Assembly: GCA_037441385.1 (NCBI GenBank)
Contig: JBBISH010000011.1
Coordinates: forward strand, 22,830 to 86,829
Reading direction: 5' to 3'
Origin: Myxococcales bacterium
GTDB taxonomy: Bacteria; Myxococcota_A; UBA9042
DNA: 64,000 nucleotides
Part shown: positions 27,658 through 36,775 of the stretch, in pieces
How the letters are laid out: every line of letters begins with the position of its first letter
How positions within the stretch are numbered: the stretch's first letter is position 1
Notes under the pieces: model-generated
Seen by the model: only the letters and a program-made list of their open reading frames with translations
Database searches by the model: none
Told to the model about the DNA's origin: nothing
Translations under genes and position numbers: made by a program

Positions 27658-29160
27658 GTGAGCGATTCTGGCCACCGATCGCCCTTGCTCGTGCGCGACG
27701 AATCCCAACCGCTGTGGCGGCTGCGGCTGCCCGGTCCGCGCTGGATCTGGTGGACGGTCTCGTGCGCGCTGATCGGGTTGTCGCTCGCGCTCTCGGTCAT
27801 GGCACGCACTGTGCCCGAGCAAGAGCGAGAGTCGGTGCGCCTGGCCGTGCGGCTGTCGTCGCTGAGCTGGCGGCTGACGCGCTGGGCAGGCCTGGACCAA
27901 GCCAGCAGCGCCAAGACAAGGCGACAGGCTTCGACCCTGGGGGATTTGCGCAGCACCGAGGCGGCAGAACTCTTCCACATGGCGACGGCAACGGACGGCG
28001 CGGCCACGGGCCAGCCGCTGGCCGAAGAGGTGATGGCCCACCTTGTTGCGACGGAACAGGACGCGCTCGCACAGCAGCTATTGCCACAGATCCGCAAGCC
28101 TTCTGCCGATTTACAGACGATCACGGTCTTGCTTTCCCAGCCCGCCACGGCGACCACCGCGGCGGCCGAGCGATCGGCACAGCTGAGCAGTTTTGGTCGC
28201 GGTTGGAGCAGCTGGACCCGCGATCGCTTGCGCTTGCGCATCTTTGGTCTGCCTGGCGCCACCGGGGCGTCGTCCCTAGCGGCCGAGTTGATTGAGCGCG
28301 ACCGCGCTGTGACCGCAACGGCCATGACGCTGGTGTACGTGGTCGCCCTGGTGGCCCTGTGGGGCTTGTCGCTGTGGCTGAGCGCCTGGCTGCGGGCGGC
28401 CGTGCAGCGATCGCGCGGCCAGCCGCCGTGGGAATGGCTGCGGCGGCGCTATCCGGGCCTGCCCAATGACAATCCGTACGCGGTGGACCGTATCGTGCCG
28501 TGGCTGGCGCTGGCCGGTTGGATCGCGGTGCAACTGGCCATGACGCCGCTACTCGCCATGCCGGGCCTGCGCACGGGATCGCCGTTCGGCGTCTTGATGG
28601 AGGCCATGGTGGGCCTGGCGGCGGCGCAGTGGGCCGTGACCTACCTCTCCCCCACGCGAGTTCCGTTGCTGCACGCGGCGCGCCTGGGCGGCGATCCGGC
28701 GATCCCTCTGGGCCGGGCCAGCACGGCTGCGCTGCGGGTCTTGGCGGCGCTTTTGCCAACGATGGCGGTGGCTTCGCTGTTATCGGCACTGTTCTCGACC
28801 GAAGCCGACCGCATCCATCCCGTCGCCGGGATGCTGCTGGCGAACGCCGACCCGGTCACGCTGTCGGTGGTGGGCATCGCGGCCGTGGTGGTGGCGCCCC
28901 TGGGCGAAGAGCTGCTGTTCCGCGGGCTGCTCTACCGCCACCTGCGGCAGCGACTGGGCATTCGGCCGGCGGTGTGGGTGTCGGCCCTGGTCTTTGCCGC
29001 CATGCACGGCTCGCCCAGCCAGATGTTGCCCTACGTCGTACTTGGGCTCGCGTTCGCGCTCGTGTACGAGTGGGTCGGCTCGCTGTGGGCCAGCGTCATT
29101 TTGCACAGCCTTTGGAATTTAGGAACTTTTGTAGTCCTAGTCTGCGCGGCGCTTTCCTGA
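27658..29160 (+). CDS. CPBP (CAAX/Abi) family intramembrane metalloprotease with an N-terminal extension
   Basis: 'EELLFRG', 'FAAMH', 'HSLWN' motifs; multiple TM helices; start uncertain (27637 or 27658). Confidence 0.88.
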   Translation: MSDSGHRSPLLVRDESQPLWRLRLPGPRWIWWTVSCALIGLSLALSVMARTVPEQERESVRLAVRLSSLSWRLTRWAGLDQASSAKTRRQASTLGDLRSTEAAELFHMATATDGAATGQPLAEEVMAHLVATEQDALAQQLLPQIRKPSADLQTITVLLSQPATATTAAAERSAQLSSFGRGWSSWTRDRLRLRIFGLPGATGASSLAAELIERDRAVTATAMTLVYVVALVALWGLSLWLSAWLRAAVQRSRGQPPWEWLRRRYPGLPNDNPYAVDRIVPWLALAGWIAVQLAMTPLLAMPGLRTGSPFGVLMEAMVGLAAAQWAVTYLSPTRVPLLHAARLGGDPAIPLGRASTAALRVLAALLPTMAVASLLSALFSTEADRIHPVAGMLLANADPVTLSVVGIAAVVVAPLGEELLFRGLLYRHLRQRLGIRPAVWVSALVFAAMHGSPSQMLPYVVLGLAFALVYEWVGSLWASVILHSLWNLGTFVVLVCAALS

Positions 29161-29250
29161 CCAGCGCGACTTGGGCTGTTGCTTCTCGCGTGATTCTGCT
29201 ATGCTCTGCGCGGCGCTCATTTTTGTCGCTGCGCCTGACCGGAGCCGCCC

Positions 29251-32200
29251 ATGCGCGTGTTGCGAAACGCCGAACTGCGAAGTGCCGTAGTTCGAAGTGT
29301 TGTGCCCTACCTTTCCGTTTTCGTGACCTTGGCCGGTCTGGCCGCCTGCAGTGACAGTGGCAGCGGCAACAACGGGGGCAAGGTCGACCCGGCTGCTGCC
29401 ACCGGCCTGCCGTCCGGTCAATTCAACACGTTCAACGACATCGACACCGCTCTGTCCGAAACCAAGGTCGCCGCCGGCACCGACGTCAAGGTCGTTTGCA
29501 CCGCCTCGCCCGGCGCAGTCGTCGTGCCCAAGCCCACTTTCTCGCTGACGCCGGCCACCGGAATCAGCTTTGTGGGCGACACGATCAAGACGAGCAAGGC
29601 CGGCAGCTACACCGTGGCCTGCACGCTGGCCAACAGCAAGAAGCTGGTGGATGTGACGCCGGTCATCCTTACCGTAGTGGCCGGTCCCGCCAAAGAGCTC
29701 ACGGCTACGGTCAACCCGGCCAAGATCGCGGCAGGGGCCACGGCGCAGATCGCTTGCACCGGCAAGGACGCGTTTGGCAACCCGCTGGGCCAAGACGATC
29801 AGAAGTTCTCGGCTGTGACCAGCCCGGCCGAACTCGGAACCGTCGACGCCTCGCTGGTCGTAACCGGCAAGAAGGCCGGCAAGGGCGACGTGCGCTGCCA
29901 AGTCCCCAACATGACGAGCGACGCCAACGTGGTGCCGGCCAACTTTGAAGTCGTGGCCGGCAAAGCGACCAAGACCATCGCCACGGTCAGCCCTGGCGAA
30001 ATCACCGCTGGCGACGCGGGCGCAAGCGTCACCTGCGAAGCGCAAGACGCGTTTGGCAACAAGGTCGACACCGCGGACTTCACCATCGACCCGCCCACCG
30101 GCACCAGCCTGCAGGGCACCAAGATCGTCAGCACCAAGGCGGGCAGCTACGACGTCAAATGCGGCCTGACCGGCGTGACCGACAACACCGCAGCCAAATT
30201 GACTGTAAAGCCAGCCGCTTCGGTAGCATGGTCGCTGGCGATCTCGCCGGACAAGAAGATCTATGCCCAGAACGACACCGTCAAAACCATGGCGAACGAA
30301 GAGGACCAGTACGGCAACGTGACGCCGGTGTGGATCAAGACGGACGTCACCGTGGACCCGGCCGACGCGGTCAAGGCCAACGCCGGCGGCGCCAGCTTCG
30401 ACCTGCTGCAAGACGGCAACGTCACCTTTACCTACACGCATCCCACGCTCAAGACCAAGGCCGGCAGCAACAAGGATAGCAAGACCATCAAGGTCGACTC
30501 CACGGGTCCGCTGCTCCTCATCAGCAGCCCCAAGCGCGGCGAGACCCGCGACGGCAACGTCAACGTCGAGATCAAGGGCACGTGCGCCGACGAGCTGAGC
30601 GCGCTCAAGTCGCTGAAGATCAACAAGAATGACGTCGTCGTGGCCAAGGACGGCAGCTTCGCGGTGACCCAGGTCAGCCAGCCCGGCATGAACCCGATCG
30701 TGTGGGAGGCCGAGGACGAGTGGGGCAACAAGTCGAACGGCGTGCAGACCTGGTACTACACCACCAAGTGGTACCCGAACGACACGACCAAGCCCGAAGA
30801 CGCGCGCGTGGCCTCGGGCATCGGCTTTTGGATGTCGCAGTCCACGGTCGACGCCGGCCCGCCGCACAACCACCAGAAGCCCAAGGATCTGGCCTCGATC
30901 GCCGAGATCGTCATCGGTACCCTGGACCTCAAGAGCCTGCTCGGCTCGGCCGGTTTCCCCATCAACCAGGGCATCTCGGGCATCTTTACCATCAAGGACA
31001 TCGCCATCAAGAGCGTGACCTTTGGCGACAAGACCAAGAACGAGGGCTTCCCCGAATTCAGCTTCACGGTCATCAAGGGCGGCCTGCACATCGCCGCCAA
31101 GATCTACAACTTGAACGTGCTCTTGCAGCTCAACGTCGACGCCTTTGGCACCACGGGTTGGCAAGAATTCGTCGCGACCAGCGATTGGATCACCTTCGAA
31201 AGTGACCTGATGATGTCGCTGGATCCGGCAACCAAGAAGCCGGTGACCGAGCTGAAGAACACCAAGATCAAGATGCAGGACTTTGTCATCAAGCTGGGCG
31301 GCAACAGCCTGCCAGCGCCGCTGGACAAGCTGGTCACGGGCGCCATCAACCTGGTGATCGATGTCGTCAACCAGTGGGTGGGCAGCACCTTCACCGGCTT
31401 GCTGGAAGGCATCCTGCAAGACCAAATCCAAAAGCAGCTGGGCGGCGCGCTGGGCAAGGCCTTCGAGGCCCTGGCGATCAACACCAAGCTGCCCATGAAG
31501 CCGTTCATCGGCGGCGGCGATGCGGTGGATCTGGACCTCAACTCCGCGCTGGGCCTGCTGGATTTCAAGGCGGCCGAGGGCATCTTGGTCGGTCTGGACG
31601 CGTCGATGACGGCGCCCAAGAAGGTGGAGCACACCGTGCTGGGCTCGTACGGTCGCGCCGCGTGCCTGCAGGCGAACGCCAAGGATGTGTTCAACCCGGC
31701 GCTGAAGTACGCGCTGGAAGTGGGCCTGGCCGATGACTTTGTCAACGAATTGCTGCACGCGCTGTGGAATGGCGGCTTGCTGCAGCTCAAGATCGGCGCG
31801 GCTGACCTGGGCAGTGTGGACCTCAGCTCGTTTGGCGTCAAAGACCTGAGCGTGGACACCGACTTCTGGCTGCAGCCGGTGCTCAACACCTGCGTGGCCA
31901 AAGACGGCCAGCTGGAGCTGCAGGTCGGCGACCTGAACATCCACGCCAAGCTGACTATGGGCGGCACGCCGGTCGACGTGTGGATGTTCGCCTCGCTGGG
32001 CGCCACGGCCGAGCTGAGCGCCGTCGCGGATCCGGCTACCGGCAGCAAGAAGATCGGCTTTGCGCTGAAGGCCGTGGACTTCCTGGAGATCGAAGTCACG
32101 CAAATCAACGCCGAAGCCAAGAACATGAAGGGCCTGTTTGGCACGCTGATCAAGACGGTGCTGGTGCCCAAGCTGTTGGGCAGCCTGGGCAGCGGCCTGG

Positions 32201-32334
32201 GTTCGTTCCCGCTGCCCGAGCTGGACCTGTCCACGCTGTCGCCGGCCATCCCCGCGGGCACCAAGTTCGCGATCGACGTGCAGCAGATCGACAACACCGG
32301 CGGCTACACCTACTTGCGCGGCAAGATTAAGTAA
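29251..32334 (+). CDS. Large lipoprotein with Ig-like repeats and a C-terminal BPI/LBP (TULIP)-like region
   Basis: Lipobox LAAC; repeated 'DAFGN/DQYGN/DEWGN' Ig-like units; 'GLADDFVNELLHALWNGGLL' resembles the LBP/BPI C-domain. Confidence 0.6.
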   Translation: MRVLRNAELRSAVVRSVVPYLSVFVTLAGLAACSDSGSGNNGGKVDPAAATGLPSGQFNTFNDIDTALSETKVAAGTDVKVVCTASPGAVVVPKPTFSLTPATGISFVGDTIKTSKAGSYTVACTLANSKKLVDVTPVILTVVAGPAKELTATVNPAKIAAGATAQIACTGKDAFGNPLGQDDQKFSAVTSPAELGTVDASLVVTGKKAGKGDVRCQVPNMTSDANVVPANFEVVAGKATKTIATVSPGEITAGDAGASVTCEAQDAFGNKVDTADFTIDPPTGTSLQGTKIVSTKAGSYDVKCGLTGVTDNTAAKLTVKPAASVAWSLAISPDKKIYAQNDTVKTMANEEDQYGNVTPVWIKTDVTVDPADAVKANAGGASFDLLQDGNVTFTYTHPTLKTKAGSNKDSKTIKVDSTGPLLLISSPKRGETRDGNVNVEIKGTCADELSALKSLKINKNDVVVAKDGSFAVTQVSQPGMNPIVWEAEDEWGNKSNGVQTWYYTTKWYPNDTTKPEDARVASGIGFWMSQSTVDAGPPHNHQKPKDLASIAEIVIGTLDLKSLLGSAGFPINQGISGIFTIKDIAIKSVTFGDKTKNEGFPEFSFTVIKGGLHIAAKIYNLNVLLQLNVDAFGTTGWQEFVATSDWITFESDLMMSLDPATKKPVTELKNTKIKMQDFVIKLGGNSLPAPLDKLVTGAINLVIDVVNQWVGSTFTGLLEGILQDQIQKQLGGALGKAFEALAINTKLPMKPFIGGGDAVDLDLNSALGLLDFKAAEGILVGLDASMTAPKKVEHTVLGSYGRAACLQANAKDVFNPALKYALEVGLADDFVNELLHALWNGGLLQLKIGAADLGSVDLSSFGVKDLSVDTDFWLQPVLNTCVAKDGQLELQVGDLNIHAKLTMGGTPVDVWMFASLGATAELSAVADPATGSKKIGFALKAVDFLEIEVTQINAEAKNMKGLFGTLIKTVLVPKLLGSLGSGLGSFPLPELDLSTLSPAIPAGTKFAIDVQQIDNTGGYTYLRGKIK

Positions 32335-32520
32335 TTTCACAACTTGCACTGCATCGCGCCGGACTCGCCCGCGGCATGGGCGGCCTGCCGATCAAGGGCA
32401 AACTTCGCAACAAAATGATTGCGAATCGGCGTTGCTTACTGGCGGCGGCCGCGCTAGGGTGCATGCCGGTCGTGCGTCGACCGCTCCCAACTTCGCGGCT
32501 TGGCCGCTCCAGGTGAATGC

Positions 32521-34512
32521 ATGCGTTCTCTCTTCAATAATGCCGCTTTGCGGGCATTGGCGGTCCCGACCGCGCTGGCGGCCCTGAGCTGCGGGCCGAT
32601 CGGCTGCGGCACGACTCCATCCAATGGCGGCGGAGGCACCACCGTGACCACCGACGCGGCGGGCGGCGACCTGGGCACCAAGACCGACACCGCCGCCGAC
32701 ACCGCCGCCGACACCGGCGCCGACACCGGCGCCGACTCCAGCGCAGTGGTCACCCCGGTGGTCAATCTGATCGTCGACTCCAACCGCGATGGCATTGCGA
32801 AGCCGGGCGACAAGGACGACGAAGACTTCGAGACCGCGTTCGACGACAAGCACGGCGCGTCGTTCTTGCCCAATTTGGACGACGACAACAGCAACAAGAA
32901 AGAAGATTTCTACGACGAGGCCATCCCCGACGACAAGGCAGCCCAAGACCTGGCGCCGATCTTGGTCCAGGCCTGGAAAGACGTGCCAGACGGCGCCACG
33001 GCCAAGCTGACCGTGGAACCGGCCGACAAGGCGCGCATTTGGGCCAAGCTCAGCGACGGCACCTGGGGCTGGCTGGCCGGCGCCCAAGGCGTTTGCGACG
33101 GCGTGGGCGAGTGCAACGGCGTGGGCGAAGTGCAGTTCCCGCTCGACCTGCTCAAGAGCGGCGCCGAGTTGGGCTTGGAAGGTCGGCAGTTCCGCATGTC
33201 GGCGAGCGACAAGGACACCGACCCGCTGTTCTGGGACGGCCAGGTGACGGTGTCGCTGACGGTCTACGACAAGGCGGGCATGCCCTACAACAACGCACCG
33301 GGCACGGACAAGGGCACGGACAAGGTGCTGCTGCGCGTCGCGCCGTGGCTGCAAAACGGCAACTTGTCCGAGTTCGACAAGTGGACGTCGCTCAGCTGGG
33401 GCAATCAAGCCGACGCGGCGACGTTCAACGCCGACCTGGACAAGGCCCAGCAAGCCGTAGGCAGCAAGGTAACCTACGATAAGTACACCTATTACAGCGA
33501 TCAGTGGACCCAAGACTGGTACCAGACGGGCACCGTGCAGATCCCCGGCCCCAATGGCACGGTCCACGGCATGCGCGTCTACAACGCGCGCCCCTACAGC
33601 AACGGCCCCAAGACGCTGCCGATCACCATCTTGAAGTCCAAGTTCATGGGCCCGGACCGCATTGCCATCAAGATCTACAAGAAAGACAACTTTGGCACGT
33701 CGTTCGACTCGCACGGCAACCACGACCTGCTCCCCGCCTACACCAACGGCAAGGACAGCTACCCGCTGAGTCGCATCCTGACCGGTTCGGGCGCCCTGCC
33801 CGAGACGATGGACTTCTACGCCGCCCAGCGCGTGCAGGGGCCACCGGTCGTGGTCGACACCACTTGGTTGGCGGTGGGCCACTGCGACGAGATCCTGAGC
33901 TACGCGCCCGCCAAGACCGCACGCGGCTGGAAGCTGCTGTATGCCAACGACAAGATGGCGATCGACATGTTCACGCAGCTGCAGAAGGACGGCAACGGCA
34001 AGATCGAGGTGTTCTCGGGCCGCGACGTCGAGCGCAAGGGCAAGGCCGTGACCACGCAGCCGACGATTGACTCGGTGATGGCCGATGTGGATCTGCTCAC
34101 CTCGTCTCAGGGCGCCCACGTCAAGACGGATGCGGCCGTGGAGTTGGTCAAGGGTGTGGTCGGTCTGACCGAGGACGAACTGGTGCCGATTCCGTTCCTG
34201 ACCGAGGACTGGAGCAAGAACGAGATGATCGCCTGGCAGCCCGGCACCGTGAACTCGATGATTGTTTACGATCACATCATGGCGCCGAACACCTATGGCC
34301 CGATCGTGAACGGCGCCGATGTGTTCGCCAAGGACCTGCAAGACCGCCTGGGCACCGACAAGCTGGGCTTGGGCAGCGATGGCAAGGGCATGAAGGTTCA
34401 CCTGATCGACGACTGGTACGGCTACCACTTGCTCATGGGCGAAGTGCACTGCGGGACCAACCCCGAGATGCCGCCGTCGCCCAAACTGACCTGGTGGAAG
34501 GTCGTTCACTAA
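32521..34512 (+). CDS. Protein-arginine deiminase (PAD) family lipoprotein
   Basis: 'LRVAPW', 'DQWTQD', 'DSHGN', 'WLAVGHCDE', 'GEVHCGTN'; N-terminal signal peptide with Cys and a DTAA linker. Confidence 0.92.
   Translation: MRSLFNNAALRALAVPTALAALSCGPIGCGTTPSNGGGGTTVTTDAAGGDLGTKTDTAADTAADTGADTGADSSAVVTPVVNLIVDSNRDGIAKPGDKDDEDFETAFDDKHGASFLPNLDDDNSNKKEDFYDEAIPDDKAAQDLAPILVQAWKDVPDGATAKLTVEPADKARIWAKLSDGTWGWLAGAQGVCDGVGECNGVGEVQFPLDLLKSGAELGLEGRQFRMSASDKDTDPLFWDGQVTVSLTVYDKAGMPYNNAPGTDKGTDKVLLRVAPWLQNGNLSEFDKWTSLSWGNQADAATFNADLDKAQQAVGSKVTYDKYTYYSDQWTQDWYQTGTVQIPGPNGTVHGMRVYNARPYSNGPKTLPITILKSKFMGPDRIAIKIYKKDNFGTSFDSHGNHDLLPAYTNGKDSYPLSRILTGSGALPETMDFYAAQRVQGPPVVVDTTWLAVGHCDEILSYAPAKTARGWKLLYANDKMAIDMFTQLQKDGNGKIEVFSGRDVERKGKAVTTQPTIDSVMADVDLLTSSQGAHVKTDAAVELVKGVVGLTEDELVPIPFLTEDWSKNEMIAWQPGTVNSMIVYDHIMAPNTYGPIVNGADVFAKDLQDRLGTDKLGLGSDGKGMKVHLIDDWYGYHLLMGEVHCGTNPEMPPSPKLTWWKVVH
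32684..32736 (+). repeat. Intragenic 12-bp tandem repeat (DTAA/DTGA linker, about 4 copies)
   Basis: ccgacaccgccg / ccgacaccggcg units. Confidence 0.8.
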
Positions 34513-34540
34513 GCCAAGCTGCACCCAAGGAACCGGAGGA

Positions 34541-35500
34541 ATGATGAAGACTTTTGCAATCAAGCTTGGTGCGGTCGCGCTGGGCAGCCTGTTCGCCGCC
34601 ACGGCCATGGCGGCCCCTGCGGGCGGCCTGCTGCTGAAACCCGACCAACTGCCGACGGCGGCGCGCACGGCACTGACCAGCGCCTACAACGCCGAAAAGG
34701 CCCAACATCCCGAGCGTTTTGAGGCCGTCGCCGCGGTGCGCGACTGCACGGCCGCGGGCTACGTGGGCAAGCGCAATCCCAAGCCGCAGTGCATGCCCGA
34801 GCTGCACAACCTGGGCCGCGAGTACGGCCTGGCGATGTTGTCGGGCTTGGTGTTCGAAGCGCCGCGCACCCGCGACGGGCACGTGCCCTACGGTACGGCC
34901 GCCGAGCAGCAGGCCTATGTCAAGGCCGTGCTCGAGTCGGTGGGCCGCTTCCGTATGCCGATCGCCGCGCCCGTGCTGTACGCCAGCCTGATGCACGGCA
35001 ATTCGGCCCACTGGCAATCGGCGGCAGACGCGCTGGGTCGCCTGGGCGGCGATGCCGAGGCGCGGGCGCTGATCGACTTGGCGAGCGCAGACAACCCGCG
35101 GCAATTGGCGGCCATCAGCGGCCTGGGTGAGTGCCGGCGCGTGGATGCGGCGGCGGCCCTAGCGTCGCTGCTGGGCAAGCACCCGCAAGGCGAGCAGCTT
35201 GCGATGGTGGCGGACTCGCTGGGTCGCGTTGCCTCGGCGTGGGGCTGGCAGGCGATGGGTGCGGGCAAGGCGGCCATGGGCTTGGAAGTGCGCACGATCG
35301 CAGCCAAAGCGGCCGTGCAGGCGCTGGCGACCTACAGCGATGCCACCGGACTGGAGCAGGTTCGCCAGGCGCTTTGGATGGCCGAGCACCCCGAGACGGT
35401 GGCGATGCTGCAGGCAGGTGGCCAGAACGCCGCGGCCGACGTCCGCTTGCGTCTGGAAGCGTTGGCGCGGCGCTACCAGATCTATATGGCGCGCCGGTAG
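34541..35500 (+). CDS. Secreted HEAT-repeat protein
   Basis: GGAGGA RBS; signal peptide ending AMA; 'AADALGRLG', 'AAISGLG', 'ADSLGRV' repeats. Confidence 0.75.
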   Translation: MMKTFAIKLGAVALGSLFAATAMAAPAGGLLLKPDQLPTAARTALTSAYNAEKAQHPERFEAVAAVRDCTAAGYVGKRNPKPQCMPELHNLGREYGLAMLSGLVFEAPRTRDGHVPYGTAAEQQAYVKAVLESVGRFRMPIAAPVLYASLMHGNSAHWQSAADALGRLGGDAEARALIDLASADNPRQLAAISGLGECRRVDAAAALASLLGKHPQGEQLAMVADSLGRVASAWGWQAMGAGKAAMGLEVRTIAAKAAVQALATYSDATGLEQVRQALWMAEHPETVAMLQAGGQNAAADVRLRLEALARRYQIYMARR

Positions 35501-35515
35501 GCCCACGGCATCCGC

Positions 35516-36772
35516 GTGAGAGTGGCTCCTCGGCTTTGGCTGTGCCCCTTCGCGGCCTTGGCGATCGGTGCGTCCAGCGGCGGCTGGGCTCAACCGCGAC
35601 CGGCGGGCGAGGTCAAGACCGGTGAGCGAGTGCTGGGCGATGACGCCGATCCCGCCGCCGAACGCCGCGTGGACTTCTTGAGTGGCGGGGCGCTGACCGC
35701 AGCCAAAGCCGGAACAGGCTTGGCCGTAGCGGCGCCCAACCCGCCCGCATGGCTTAGCCATTGGATTCGGCGCTTTCGCGAGGCGGCGCAACCGCAGCAG
35801 GTGGCCCGCTTTCCGCTGACCCATCCGCTGACCCAGCGCGACGCCAAAGTGCTGACCTTGCAGCGCCGCGCGGGCACTGAAGTGCTGCAACCGGCGATGC
35901 TGGCGTGGAGCGAGCTGCTGTGTCCGGCGGCCGCCAAACCCATGCAACGGCTGGATGTGCAGGCTCAGCCGCTGTGGCAGTTCGAAGACGGCCGCCTGGA
36001 TCTGGGCTTGGAATTGATTTGCCGCAAGACCGATCAGGTGGTCGCGCGGGCCGTGCGGCTGGTGGCCGAAGCCGACGCATTGGGTAGGGTGACAGCGGTG
36101 TATGGTCTGCGGCTAGAGGGCGAGCAGGCCACTTTGAGTGCGCCCGCGGGCGACGCTCGTCTGACCTGGCCGCTGGAGCCGGCAGAATTGACGCAGCGCC
36201 GGCCCGCCTGGCAGTTGGAGCAGCACTTGGGTTGGCTGGTGCAACTGCAGTGGCTGCCGCGGCTGCGCTGGACGGTCGACGAAGGCCTGCCGCAATTGGA
36301 GTCGCTGGGCGACGACGACGCCATGGAACTGGGGAAGCTGCCGGTCCGGTTGCTGCTGGTGTTCGAGCAACATGGGGCGCCGCGCGCCCGTTTGCTGGTC
36401 CACGGTGCGCCGTTGCCGCGCAGCAACGCGGTGCGCCAGCCGCTGTCGCGCGAGTCCGCCGACACGCTGCAACTAGGCGATCAGGCCGGGCTTTGGCTGA
36501 CGCAGCGGCTCGCCCTGCAGGGCGACGACCACGGCGCCAAGCTGGCCACCGTGCAGTTTTGGCACCTGAGCGACGCGGGCGTCCAGCCCTGGCCGGCGCA
36601 GCTGCCGATGTTGGACCTGGAGGGCCTGTGGCAGTGCCACGCGGTGCTGGATCAAAAGCGACTGCGGTGCGCGTTCTTGGCGGCCGGCGCAGCCGTGCAA
36701 GTCCAAGTGCCGGACCGGACGCTCAAGCCCGACTTCAAAGCTCGGCAATTTGCCGAAGACGCGAGCGAATAG
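35516..36772 (+). CDS. Secreted hypothetical protein
   Basis: Signal-peptide-like N-terminus; tight operon spacing. Confidence 0.5.
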   Translation: MRVAPRLWLCPFAALAIGASSGGWAQPRPAGEVKTGERVLGDDADPAAERRVDFLSGGALTAAKAGTGLAVAAPNPPAWLSHWIRRFREAAQPQQVARFPLTHPLTQRDAKVLTLQRRAGTEVLQPAMLAWSELLCPAAAKPMQRLDVQAQPLWQFEDGRLDLGLELICRKTDQVVARAVRLVAEADALGRVTAVYGLRLEGEQATLSAPAGDARLTWPLEPAELTQRRPAWQLEQHLGWLVQLQWLPRLRWTVDEGLPQLESLGDDDAMELGKLPVRLLLVFEQHGAPRARLLVHGAPLPRSNAVRQPLSRESADTLQLGDQAGLWLTQRLALQGDDHGAKLATVQFWHLSDAGVQPWPAQLPMLDLEGLWQCHAVLDQKRLRCAFLAAGAAVQVQVPDRTLKPDFKARQFAEDASE

Positions 36773-36775
36773 GTC

